From a virus, in IMG/VR virus record IMGVR_UViG_3300025108_000015, positions 32,001-96,000 of that record: a DNA stretch of 64,000 nucleotides, one strand, 5' to 3'. Shown one piece after another: positions 54,543 to 62,822 of this stretch. Within the stretch, counting starts at the first letter, position 1; the number at the start of each line of letters is the position of its first letter. The notes under the pieces were generated by a model. It saw only the letters and a program-made list of their open reading frames with translations. It did not search any database and was not told the DNA's origin. The translations under genes were made by a program, and so were the position numbers.

Positions 54543-55242
54543 AAAATATAACTTAAAGTATGAGTATTTAAAACTTGAAGAAGAGGATACCATTGAGTCT
54601 TTCGATGAGTATGTATCAGATTTTGAATTTTATTTCGAAAAATACTACAAAAAACCTAAAAAAGGTACACCTACTGCTAAAGAACGACATATTTGGGTAA
54701 ATGAAGAAACTGGAGAGGTTCGACACGAAGCCCCAAGTATGTCGTTCGAAGATATGGCAGAGGATAATAAACGAGTAGAACGAGAGAAATCTGAAAAAAA
54801 GAAGAAACGACTCGCTGAGATTAAAAATAGACCTGATAGGATTAAGAAGTTATATAAAAAAGTAGCAATAGCTACACATCCTGATAAGGGTGGTACTGAA
54901 TCCGAGTTTCAAAGAGTGTCCAACGCATTTAATGAGTTAGATTTAGCTACTTTACTTAATTTTGCTGGTAAATATGATGTAGAATATGATTTTGATGATG
55001 ATGACGAAGATATTCTTTTGAAGAATCTAAAAAAGCTAGAAGAAAGTATATCACATAAAAAATCAACATTAGCATGGTATTGGGGTACGGGCACACGTGA
55101 TGATAGGTTGGACGTATTACGTACCATAAAAAAGCAAACTGGTTGGGATGTTGAAGAATCGGATTTACCACCAGACCTTAAACCAAAAAAAGATGAACAA
55201 ATCTTATTAGAAGATAAGAAAAGTTTGGATAATAAAAAATAA
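54526..55242 (+). CDS. J-domain (DnaJ-like) protein
   Basis: IKKLYKKVAIATHPDKGG...F.....AF. Confidence 0.8.
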   Translation: MNRKLKKYNLKYEYLKLEEEDTIESFDEYVSDFEFYFEKYYKKPKKGTPTAKERHIWVNEETGEVRHEAPSMSFEDMAEDNKRVEREKSEKKKKRLAEIKNRPDRIKKLYKKVAIATHPDKGGTESEFQRVSNAFNELDLATLLNFAGKYDVEYDFDDDDEDILLKNLKKLEESISHKKSTLAWYWGTGTRDDRLDVLRTIKKQTGWDVEESDLPPDLKPKKDEQILLEDKKSLDNKK

Positions 55243-55255
55243 TGTTGTATATTAG
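55224..55255 (+). promoter_or_regulatory. Bacteroidota sigma70-like promoter
   Basis: TTTG(55224)-N20-TATATTAG(55248). Confidence 0.75.
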
Positions 55256-55258
55256 ACT

Positions 55259-55339
55259 ATGAATACCAATCAAATATTCCTCTATTGGGATGAAGACATC
55301 ACAACGGAGCAAACAAGTTCAACTAAAAACGAAGAATAA
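55259..55339 (+). CDS. 26-aa micro-ORF
   Basis: MNTNQIFLYWDEDITTEQTSSTKNEE; starts 3 nt after the promoter and its stop abuts the next ATG. Confidence 0.4.
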   Translation: MNTNQIFLYWDEDITTEQTSSTKNEE

Positions 55340-55537
55340 ATGGCAAAATTAAGAAAATTGGTCACCTATACTGATTATAGATGGGAAGAGACTGAGGAAT
55401 TAACTCCTGAACAAGTAGAAAAATGGAAGTCAGAAGACGAAGACCTACAAGATGAAGTTCTTGATGAGGTAGAGTTTGAATTATCTCATGACAAGGCCTT
55501 GGAAGATTCAGAATGGCCTGAACTAATAGAAGACTAA
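55340..55537 (+). CDS. Small acidic hypothetical protein
   Basis: Clean ORF. Confidence 0.55.
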   Translation: MAKLRKLVTYTDYRWEETEELTPEQVEKWKSEDEDLQDEVLDEVEFELSHDKALEDSEWPELIED

Positions 55538-55538
55538 G

Positions 55539-56102
55539 ATGGCAAATCACGTTCAAACTTGGATTCAAGTTCATAAAGGAAATGACCAAGTATTTAAAAA
55601 ACTCAAAGAAATGTTCACTCTACCAGAAGGTAAGTGGAATTATAGTGAAGAGATAAACTTTCACGACTTACTATGGCCTGGCCATGAGGATGAAGATTAC
55701 GATAGGGGTATATTCACCGAAAGAATGGGTGCTAAATGGTGTTACATTGAAGATGTGAGTTGTTTAGAAGATGACGAGTTTGAAATGTCTACAACTTCAG
55801 CTTGGAATTGGTCATCAGGAGCATTTGAACGTTTATTTGATATTCTTAAAGAAATTGATGAAGACGTTGTACTTACTGCTACCTATGAAGACGAAGGATA
55901 TAACTTTGTTGGTGGTGCTGCAATATCTAAATTAGAAGGTCTATACGATTACCAAGACACTACACTTGAATATCCCGAAACCGATGAGGATGATGAACTT
56001 GATAAGTTTTACGACCAAGTGTCGGAGGCAATGGTATCATGTCGTGACGAAGCACTTGCAGATGCAACTTACATATATACTGAAGAAAACGAAGATGAAT
56101 AA
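55539..56102 (+). CDS. DUF1281/YubB ferredoxin-like fold protein
   Basis: MANHV, W...MGAKW, TSAW, YEDEG..F.G. Confidence 0.55.
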   Translation: MANHVQTWIQVHKGNDQVFKKLKEMFTLPEGKWNYSEEINFHDLLWPGHEDEDYDRGIFTERMGAKWCYIEDVSCLEDDEFEMSTTSAWNWSSGAFERLFDILKEIDEDVVLTATYEDEGYNFVGGAAISKLEGLYDYQDTTLEYPETDEDDELDKFYDQVSEAMVSCRDEALADATYIYTEENEDE

Positions 56103-56709
56103 AAAATGGAATCCTATGAAAACATCATTGACACGATTATCGTTACTATTATTACTATTGCTTGGTTCGGTTACCTCACATGGGCAGACTGGAAAAACAA
56201 TAAAAAGTGACATATATACAGTAGTATATTCTGAAGATTATCAACAACCACTTAAATTGACGTATGTAGTACAATGTCCATCAGGTGGTGTTAGTAGAGG
56301 TGGGTTAGATTTCTATACCAACGATTCGGTAAATACTTCAGATGCCGATGACTATCGTAATAATGAGTGGGATAGAGGTCATTTAGCACCCGCAGCCGCA
56401 TTCAATTGTGATAGAGAAACATTAAAGAAAACATTCTCATATCTAAATTGTGCATTACAACATGAAGGACTCAATCGTGGTCCATGGAAAGAGTTGGAAC
56501 GTTTCGAACGTAACCTTGCTAAATTCTTTGAAGTAATGGTTAGTATTGAGGTAGACTTTGGAGAGACTCCATATAGAGTACCAGCCGGCGCTGCTATACC
56601 TATTGGGTTTACAAAAACCATATCATTTGATAACAAAATATATCAATTTTACTTTCCTAATACGGATGTAGCAGGGCAGGATTGGTTTAATTTTATTGTG
56701 GCGAAATGA
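56095..56709 (+). CDS. Exported DNA/RNA non-specific endonuclease (NucA-like)
   Basis: Signal-like LSLLLLLLLGSVTSHG-Q; DY....WDRGHLAPAA, TF.Y.N..LQ...LNRG.W..LE, A.IP..F.K. Confidence 0.88.
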   Translation: MNKKWNPMKTSLTRLSLLLLLLLGSVTSHGQTGKTIKSDIYTVVYSEDYQQPLKLTYVVQCPSGGVSRGGLDFYTNDSVNTSDADDYRNNEWDRGHLAPAAAFNCDRETLKKTFSYLNCALQHEGLNRGPWKELERFERNLAKFFEVMVSIEVDFGETPYRVPAGAAIPIGFTKTISFDNKIYQFYFPNTDVAGQDWFNFIVAK

Positions 56710-56740
56710 GAATAATAACTTTGGGATATAAATTATAGAG

Positions 56741-57028
56741 ATGGGTAGTTTAAAATCAAAATACAAACGAGATAAGTCGGAGCTAATAGAAACGTTATTA
56801 GATAATGGGCGAACTACTGCTGTATTGGAGATAAATGTTCTTACGACATCTAAAATCAAAGAACATTTAATCTACGAATGTATTTACTTACATAATAGTA
56901 AATTAAAGACTACTCAGATTATTGCTAAGGATATTACCGATGCAATGAGTAGATTAGACCCTTTTATAAAATCAGGCGCATCGAGCTCAGTAATTAATTA
57001 TGTTTTGAATAACGAGAACATAATATGA
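56741..57028 (+). CDS. Hypothetical protein
   Basis: Clean ORF. Confidence 0.5.
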   Translation: MGSLKSKYKRDKSELIETLLDNGRTTAVLEINVLTTSKIKEHLIYECIYLHNSKLKTTQIIAKDITDAMSRLDPFIKSGASSSVINYVLNNENII

Positions 57029-57216
57029 AAGATAAGATAGTATTTCTTTTATCAGTAGGTGTAATCCTTTTACTTGGAATGTTAATAATAGGGGATTTTA
57101 TTATCTCTCTAAAAGAAAACAGGCCAGTAGATGAATCAATTATACATTTGATACAAGTATCAATCACAGGTGTAATAGGAATATTAGGAACTTACTTTGG
57201 AATGAAAAACAAATAA
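57025..57216 (+). CDS. Small two-TM membrane protein
   Basis: Two hydrophobic helices. Confidence 0.55.
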   Translation: MKDKIVFLLSVGVILLLGMLIIGDFIISLKENRPVDESIIHLIQVSITGVIGILGTYFGMKNK

Positions 57217-57219
57217 ATT

Positions 57220-57456
57220 ATGGCAAATCCAATAGGTTGTATTGAAGCAATTAATAATGTAAGAACATCTGTTCAAGGGAATGACCCAAGGGGATGGATG
57301 AAAGCATGTGCAATAGAAACTTTACTAAAAGGTAAAAGTGGTAAACATTTTAAAAATTGTTTGATTCATAAAATGGAATCTACTGCTCAGCACATCGAAG
57401 ACCCCGTGGGGTATGCAGACGAGTTATATAATGAAATTAAGGGTAAGTGTAGTTAA
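57220..57456 (+). CDS. Small Cys-containing hypothetical protein
   Basis: Clean ORF with four Cys. Confidence 0.5.
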   Translation: MANPIGCIEAINNVRTSVQGNDPRGWMKACAIETLLKGKSGKHFKNCLIHKMESTAQHIEDPVGYADELYNEIKGKCS

Positions 57457-57459
57457 AAC

Positions 57460-58032
57460 ATGAAAAACTTAATAGTAATAGCACATCCTGATAAGAAATC
57501 ATTTTGTTATAATGGTATCTACAAAACTATTTTACAAACATTGGATGTAGATGGTGAAGAAATTAGAGTAGCAGATTTATACGCTGATAACTTCGAGAGA
57601 CCACGAACTGATATAATTAATCGTTATAAAGAAGATGTTACGTGGTCTGATAGAATCTATTTTGTATCGCCAGTATGGTGGTTTAGATTGACTCCGAGGT
57701 TGGAAGTATTCTTTGATGAAGTATTTTCTCCAGGATTCGCATACAAGTTTGTACCTATCATTGGTAAGTACGCATACCCTAAACCATTCTTAAAAGATAA
57801 GATAGTTAGAACTTACATCACCCACGGAGCACCAGCACTTCCAGTACTTACACTTTACTTGAACTCAGTTAAACTTCGGTTAGTTATGGGTGTATACACA
57901 TTTGTATTTGGATGGTCACCATCAAGGTGGTTAAAAACAAAACAATTTTGGTCAGTACCATTCGTTTCAGATAAAAAACGTAAGTCCTACTTACAACGTG
58001 TTATTAAAGATATTCGGAAGGATTTAAAATAA
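57460..58032 (+). CDS. NAD(P)H:quinone oxidoreductase, flavodoxin-like (MdaB/KefF family)
   Basis: AHP...SF, DLY...F, P.WW...P..L..F.D..F.PGFAY, T.G.P. Confidence 0.85.
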   Translation: MKNLIVIAHPDKKSFCYNGIYKTILQTLDVDGEEIRVADLYADNFERPRTDIINRYKEDVTWSDRIYFVSPVWWFRLTPRLEVFFDEVFSPGFAYKFVPIIGKYAYPKPFLKDKIVRTYITHGAPALPVLTLYLNSVKLRLVMGVYTFVFGWSPSRWLKTKQFWSVPFVSDKKRKSYLQRVIKDIRKDLK

Positions 58033-58266
58033 TTGGAATCAGAAGATATTGATAGAATAATTGAAATGGCTTGGGAAGATAGAACTCCCTTTGAAGCCAT
58101 AGAATTTCAGTTTGGTATCAAAGAGAATGAGGTTCGTAAGATAATGAGAACTCATATGAAAGAGTCATCATTTAAGATGTGGAGAAAGAGGGTCAAAGGT
58201 CGTAAAACCAAACACGAGAAGACCACAACATCAATTAGATTTAAAAGCAGTAACCAAAAGTTATGA
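58033..58266 (+). CDS. TIGR03643 / DUF2805 family protein
   Basis: RIIEMAWEDRTPFEAI..QFG..E.EV..IMR...K.SSFK.WRKRV.GRKTKH; TTG start. Confidence 0.8.
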   Translation: MESEDIDRIIEMAWEDRTPFEAIEFQFGIKENEVRKIMRTHMKESSFKMWRKRVKGRKTKHEKTTTSIRFKSSNQKL

Positions 58267-59177
58267 AAAACATAATAGTTTTAATTACATTAGTAGTAAG
58301 TATAAATGCTAACGCATCTCACTTTATGGGGGGTATCATCCAAGTTGCTCAAAAGAGTCAAGACTCCGTTTCCATTGGGATGTATATTGTAGGTGACCAA
58401 TTCCCAATACTTCCACAATATGTAACTTTAGAAATATGGGAGATGGATTCCCAAGGGTCGTATGACTTGGGTGGGTATATTACACTTACTAAATTCAACA
58501 ATGGTACACATCAAGGATTTAACACCGCAAACTACGGAAGTGATTATATTAATTTAGATTCGAACAAATATAGATTTATATATACCAATTGCTGTTGGTC
58601 AGTCTTAAATAACTCAACTAACTCTACTAATTCAGAGTTTGTCATATCAACGGACTATTGGCACGTTCCAAACAATACCACACCATATATGGAAAATCCA
58701 ATGTGGATTAATGTTCAGAGTAATAGTGTGAATGTTATGAAGCCGGTGTGGGGAATCTTTAATTGTTATTTTGGACATGATGACAATGATTCAGTCAACT
58801 TATATATGACCGAACTCTATTCATCCTATTCAAATGGAGTATTCGTACCTCAAACACAGACATCAACTAATATATCAGCTAATAATGATTCAATTACATT
58901 TGTAGGTACAACTTTAGGAAGAGTGGGTTATGGATTTCAGATTGATAAATATCGTAGTGGATACCTACTCACCAGCCAACGAATTCAATGGACATTTGTA
59001 GTGACACAAACCACACTTGATATTGAAGAAAATATCGGATATCGAGATATGGAATATAAAGTCTACGATTGGAGTGGTCGCTATATGGGAAGTGATATAA
59101 AAACACTAAATGGTGGATTATACGTAGTTAGATATAGTAATGGTAAAATGGAGAAGATAAATGTATTACTTCGATAG
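58263..59177 (+). CDS. Secreted protein with a reduced T9SS-like C-terminal domain
   Basis: Signal peptide followed by ASHFMGG (typical Bacteroidota T9SS-cargo N-terminus); C-terminal KVYDWSGR...L..GLY.VR...G...KI. Confidence 0.6.
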   Translation: MKNIIVLITLVVSINANASHFMGGIIQVAQKSQDSVSIGMYIVGDQFPILPQYVTLEIWEMDSQGSYDLGGYITLTKFNNGTHQGFNTANYGSDYINLDSNKYRFIYTNCCWSVLNNSTNSTNSEFVISTDYWHVPNNTTPYMENPMWINVQSNSVNVMKPVWGIFNCYFGHDDNDSVNLYMTELYSSYSNGVFVPQTQTSTNISANNDSITFVGTTLGRVGYGFQIDKYRSGYLLTSQRIQWTFVVTQTTLDIEENIGYRDMEYKVYDWSGRYMGSDIKTLNGGLYVVRYSNGKMEKINVLLR

Positions 59178-59343
59178 TGAACAAACAAATGCCCGTTCTA
59201 TGATGGGAAAGTATTTTATGGCATCTCTATTATGGAATACCGAGCCAGAGAAAATGATGTCTATATTAAAAGTAATGGGTAGTACATATACCGAATATGG
59301 ATTACCAATTGACTACGATTCATTGGGGATAGAGAGATGTTAA
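59161..59343 (+). CDS. Hypothetical protein
   Basis: Coupled ORF. Confidence 0.4.
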   Translation: MYYFDSEQTNARSMMGKYFMASLLWNTEPEKMMSILKVMGSTYTEYGLPIDYDSLGIERC

Positions 59344-59738
59344 AAGTAGTAGCTGGATTTTTATTTGATTATGATACATTCCTTATAGGACAACGTAAGT
59401 CAGATAACAACTCATATCCAGACTATTGGGAATTGCCAGGTGGGAAGGTTGATGATTCTGATTTAAATACGGACGAGTCAATCAAACGAGAGTGGAGAGA
59501 AGAATTAGATATAGAGGTCTTTATATGGCACGAACTACCTACTCAGATAATCAACGATATAGAGGTTATTCCTTATATGTTGAAGTATGAAAGTGGGAAG
59601 CCAACACTAAATGAACACAAATCAGTAAAATTCGTGAAATTTAATGAAATAAAACACTATAAATTGACTCCAATAAGTAAAGAAATACTACATATAATAA
59701 AGAGGTCATACAACATATTTTTAAAACCACAGGAGTAA
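59337..59738 (+). CDS. NUDIX hydrolase, MutT-like
   Basis: WELPGGKV...ESI.RE.REE. Confidence 0.85.
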   Translation: MLKVVAGFLFDYDTFLIGQRKSDNNSYPDYWELPGGKVDDSDLNTDESIKREWREELDIEVFIWHELPTQIINDIEVIPYMLKYESGKPTLNEHKSVKFVKFNEIKHYKLTPISKEILHIIKRSYNIFLKPQE

Positions 59739-59745
59739 CACCATT

Positions 59746-59949
59746 ATGAAACCCATCTACGAACTTATCTCTCAGTTCACAAAGAAGACATTCGGTAACA
59801 AGAACAACACCCCAATCAATCACATCGCAGAATTCCAAGAAGATATACCAACGGTTTGGTCACGTCAATTAGAGTATTCGGAGAAGCCACATATATCATT
59901 CGATATTACACAAGAAGATATATATAACGACATCCAAAGTAACCAATGA
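59746..59949 (+). CDS. Hypothetical protein
   Basis: Clean ORF. Confidence 0.45.
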   Translation: MKPIYELISQFTKKTFGNKNNTPINHIAEFQEDIPTVWSRQLEYSEKPHISFDITQEDIYNDIQSNQ

Positions 59950-60122
59950 AAAGCCAGACCGACCCACATCGAGATGGACACGAACGATTTCGTGTGACTA
60001 AGAAAAATTTGGAAGATAAACTTCCAAATCCCTCTATATTAAATGAATTACAGGACTTCAACACAACCCTTGGCGATGGGTTAGATGACTTGGACGAATG
60101 GTATCCAGATAACGTATTATAA
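59946..60122 (+). CDS. 58-aa hypothetical protein; missed by ORF track
   Basis: ATGA overlap with the upstream stop; DF.TTL.DGLD motif. Confidence 0.45.
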   Translation: MKSQTDPHRDGHERFRVTKKNLEDKLPNPSILNELQDFNTTLGDGLDDLDEWYPDNVL

Positions 60123-60198
60123 TAAGGTAAATTATGTTTGCGATAATAGTATTAGGTTTGTTGATAATATACACATATAAAATAACACATGATAATGA

Positions 60199-60483
60199 AT
60201 GATGAGTAAAGAAATGCCAAGAGAAAGAACAAAGGTATGGGTAAACGTCATACACACGAATAAGACAATCCAATTCTTTTTGAATAATAGTCCTCTACGT
60301 GGGGATGGTTCGTTTATGTCATTGGAGTATTTTAGCGTATATAAGGAATTGCAAGATTTGAGTGGATATAGATACTTAAATTCAAAGTATGACCTTCTTG
60401 ACAAGATTCCCCCATCTCCAAGTTTTGATGACTTACCATCAAGTCCAACGGAAGAGTATCATGATGATGACTTCGAGTATTAA
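60199..60483 (+). CDS. Hypothetical protein
   Basis: Clean ORF. Confidence 0.45.
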   Translation: MMSKEMPRERTKVWVNVIHTNKTIQFFLNNSPLRGDGSFMSLEYFSVYKELQDLSGYRYLNSKYDLLDKIPPSPSFDDLPSSPTEEYHDDDFEY

Positions 60484-60694
60484 AAAAAGTGATATAAAAC
60501 TAAATCAGCTAAATCTTATGGATATACAAATAGATGAACGTAATAATAGAATCAGAGTTATTAAAGATAACCATGTATATAGTATAGACAAAGAACATCC
60601 TCATTATGATGTTATAGTAGATAACCTTTTAAATATAGGGAACTCTATAACCACATATAAGGATAAGGTTAAAAGATTCTCTCCACATGGTTAA
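60461..60694 (+). CDS. Hypothetical protein
   Basis: ORF with uncertain start. Confidence 0.4.
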   Translation: MMMTSSIKKSDIKLNQLNLMDIQIDERNNRIRVIKDNHVYSIDKEHPHYDVIVDNLLNIGNSITTYKDKVKRFSPHG

Positions 60695-60911
60695 CAAGAA
60701 GAATATAATAGACTTACATGGAGTAAGGCATGGAGACGTAGAAGAAGTCTTAGAGAATAACCTATTAGGGTATCATGATACGGAAGGCTGGGAGATAATA
60801 ACAGGCAATTCAACCTATATGATAGAGATAGTAGAGGAGTTTCTAAGGTTAAACCTATTTAAGTTCTATCGAACCTCTGATAACTATGGTAGAATTATAT
60901 TAGCTCACTAA
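60687..60911 (+). CDS. Stand-alone Smr-domain protein
   Basis: IDLHG, IITGNS, N.GR..L. Confidence 0.65.
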   Translation: MVNKKNIIDLHGVRHGDVEEVLENNLLGYHDTEGWEIITGNSTYMIEIVEEFLRLNLFKFYRTSDNYGRIILAH

Positions 60912-60992
60912 GCTAATCGTAGGGTTATCGTACCCTATCAGAGGACATCAGAGCTGGGAAGTGCTAGTGTAATTTCCACCAAATATTCAGAG

Positions 60993-61013
60993 ACCCCTTT
61001 ATAGGGGTTTTTT
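60993..61013 (+). terminator. Rho-independent terminator
   Basis: ACCCCT-TTAT-AGGGGT hairpin followed by TTTTT, at the end of the gene block. Confidence 0.7.
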
Positions 61014-61019
61014 ATGCCT

Positions 61020-61620
61020 ATAAGGGTAATGATTACTCTTGTGGTCCGTACAAGGGTAAAATAACTACACATTTACCCCCACTTTCCCCCACTTTACCAC
61101 ATTTTCTATCAGTCACTTAACAAAATGTGTAGTTTTTAAACAATGTGTTAGATTTATAACAAAATGTAAGGATAGTAACACATACCCCTCTCAGCCCTCA
61201 ATCATTCATTTTTACCACAATTAACACAAACACACTTTCAGAAAAGGATACTATTACTTAACTACCACAAATTAGACTGGTATTATGTGTCTTTCGCGCG
61301 AGCAAGCAAAATTTCTGACAGGAAAGTTATTAACAGCCCTTTGTGGATAACTTTTTAGGGGTAAAATGTGGGTAGTCCGAGCCACCAAGCCTGAATATTG
61401 ACCATATATTAACATTTGTTAATAGACTTACAATGGTTAGCCGCGACTTACAAATGAAACAAAGTGTTACAATTGTAACTATTAAAGTTATTAACAATGG
61501 GATGTGGATAACTTAATGGCTAAATATTTGGCAATGTGGGTTATTTTTCGTATCTTAGTGGGGGGGTATATATAAAAAAAATAGTTAACAAATGTTAATT
61601 CCTCTCAACCCTAGTGTTTA
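61020..61620. other. Non-coding region with paired DnaA boxes; candidate replication origin
   Basis: TGTGGATAA at 61342 and 61503, each 6 nt after GTTATTAACA (61326, 61487); palindromes at 61407-61424 and 61466-61479. Confidence 0.55.
61527..61558 (+). promoter_or_regulatory. Promoter-like motif with no obvious ORF directly downstream
   Basis: TTTG(61527)-N20-TATCTTAG(61551). Confidence 0.55.
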
Positions 61621-61666
61621 CAGGGGTTAACGAATGATTTAGAATCGTTCTATATAAGGTGAATGG

Positions 61667-61698
61667 CTTGGATATTAAAGAATATTGTTGTATCTTAG
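61667..61698 (+). promoter_or_regulatory. Bacteroidota sigma70-like promoter
   Basis: CTTG(61667)-N20-TATCTTAG(61691). Confidence 0.6.
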
Positions 61699-61702
61699 TA
61701 GT

Positions 61703-61885
61703 ATGTTAAAAGATATAAAGGTTAAATACAATTCAAGATTAAAGAGTGTTTCATTTACTAAGGAGTCATCTATCACTGATGAGGAGTTAGAGACGTGTAT
61801 GGGGTATCTTTATTGGAGGTTTCGTAAAGAAGCTAATGATAGTGAGTTCTCTGATGATGGTAAAAAGCTAATATTAAAGATGTAA
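61703..61885 (+). CDS. Small hypothetical protein
   Basis: ATG 4 nt after the promoter. Confidence 0.5.
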   Translation: MLKDIKVKYNSRLKSVSFTKESSITDEELETCMGYLYWRFRKEANDSEFSDDGKKLILKM

Positions 61886-61896
61886 TTGTTAATAAC

Positions 61897-61952
61897 TTAA
61901 CGATTTCTTAACATATACAATTTGGCAATCCCAAACTTTATCACTATATTAG
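61897..61952 (+). promoter_or_regulatory. Promoter with TTAAC(G/A) direct repeat
   Basis: TTAACG 61897, TTAACA 61908; TTTG(61921)-N20-TATATTAG(61945). Confidence 0.75.
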
Positions 61953-61985
61953 TAGTGTAAGAGTGAGAGAGTTAAAAGATATAAG

Positions 61986-62147
61986 ATGATATTACGAGGA
62001 TTAATGATGTGTCAGATAGTTGATGGGAGTGGAATCCCAGTTAATAATGTAATCTATGAGGATTACGAAAAGGCTAAAGAGCATTGTAATAACTTGATGG
62101 AGAACTACACCGAGTACTACGGAGTAAGAATACTAACCATTAAGTAA
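61986..62147 (+). CDS. 53-aa hypothetical protein; missed by ORF track
   Basis: Follows the promoter and a GA-rich leader. Confidence 0.45.
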   Translation: MILRGLMMCQIVDGSGIPVNNVIYEDYEKAKEHCNNLMENYTEYYGVRILTIK

Positions 62148-62290
62148 GGTATATGGATGTACAAGAGCAAGTTTATTGGTGTGACCTATGTGAGTGTTAC
62201 TCAACCATATCAGAAGATAACCCGTGGGGTACTTGTTTGTGTTCGTGAAATAAAAGTGAAGTAAAATAATAATAGCTAAATATATAGTAT

Positions 62291-62494
62291 ATGAGAAGAG
62301 AGTATAGTAATGGGTATATACCCAAGATAGAGTATTGGAATGGTAAACTACAATATGCCATTAGTCAAAACAATTGGGTAGAGGTAGAGTATTGTATGAA
62401 GAAGATGAACCACTTCGTTTCTCGTCAGTATGTAATAGAGAACCAACAACCCTTCACCCCAGGCGTGAATGGCGCTCCCACCTTTCAGTTATAA
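62291..62494 (+). CDS. Small protein, paralog A (GYIPKI.YW family)
   Basis: Shares Y..GYIPKI.YW...KMN.F..R with 63361-63528. Confidence 0.6.
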   Translation: MRREYSNGYIPKIEYWNGKLQYAISQNNWVEVEYCMKKMNHFVSRQYVIENQQPFTPGVNGAPTFQL

Positions 62495-62521
62495 AGAGAA
62501 GAGACCTCTAATTAAGTTAAT

Positions 62522-62559
62522 CTAAGCCGTTCCACCCCCGTAAACCATTATAGGTGATG
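62522..62559 (+). repeat. 38-bp exact direct repeat, copy 1 (candidate structured RNA)
   Basis: CTAAGCCGTTCCACCCCCGTAAACCATTATAGGTGATG. Confidence 0.85.
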
Positions 62560-62615
62560 TATGGAGATGTACCAAGTAAGGTGGACTGGTTAAAACAAAT
62601 ACACGAGAGAAAGCT

Positions 62616-62768
62616 ATGAACAAGATGAATCAATTCCTACGCATTGCAAATGCGAGACTCAAAAAGACATACCCTAACAAGATGCAGAGAAAGTCTTGGG
62701 CTGCTAATATGTATGCGAGATGGATAGAGCGCAAAACCTTTAATGATACAAGTAAGGGTATAAACTGA
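62616..62768 (+). CDS. 50-aa basic hypothetical protein; missed by ORF track
   Basis: MNKMNQFLRIANARLKKTYP...; AAGCTATG start context. Confidence 0.5.
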   Translation: MNKMNQFLRIANARLKKTYPNKMQRKSWAANMYARWIERKTFNDTSKGIN

Positions 62769-62802
62769 CCTTTAATGATACATTGTAAGGCTATAGCTTG
62801 AC
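62736..62802. repeat. Tandem ~32-bp hairpin-forming repeat (2 copies)
   Basis: ACCTTTAATGATACA at 62736 and 62768, each followed by GTAAGG.TATA..TGAC. Confidence 0.7.
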
Positions 62803-62822
62803 ACTTTTAAAACAAACGAGAA

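Noticed and set aside
2684-60404. Minus-strand and nested ORFs in the supplied track
   Set aside because: All are short shadows of longer + strand genes, with no recognisable motifs or promoter context.
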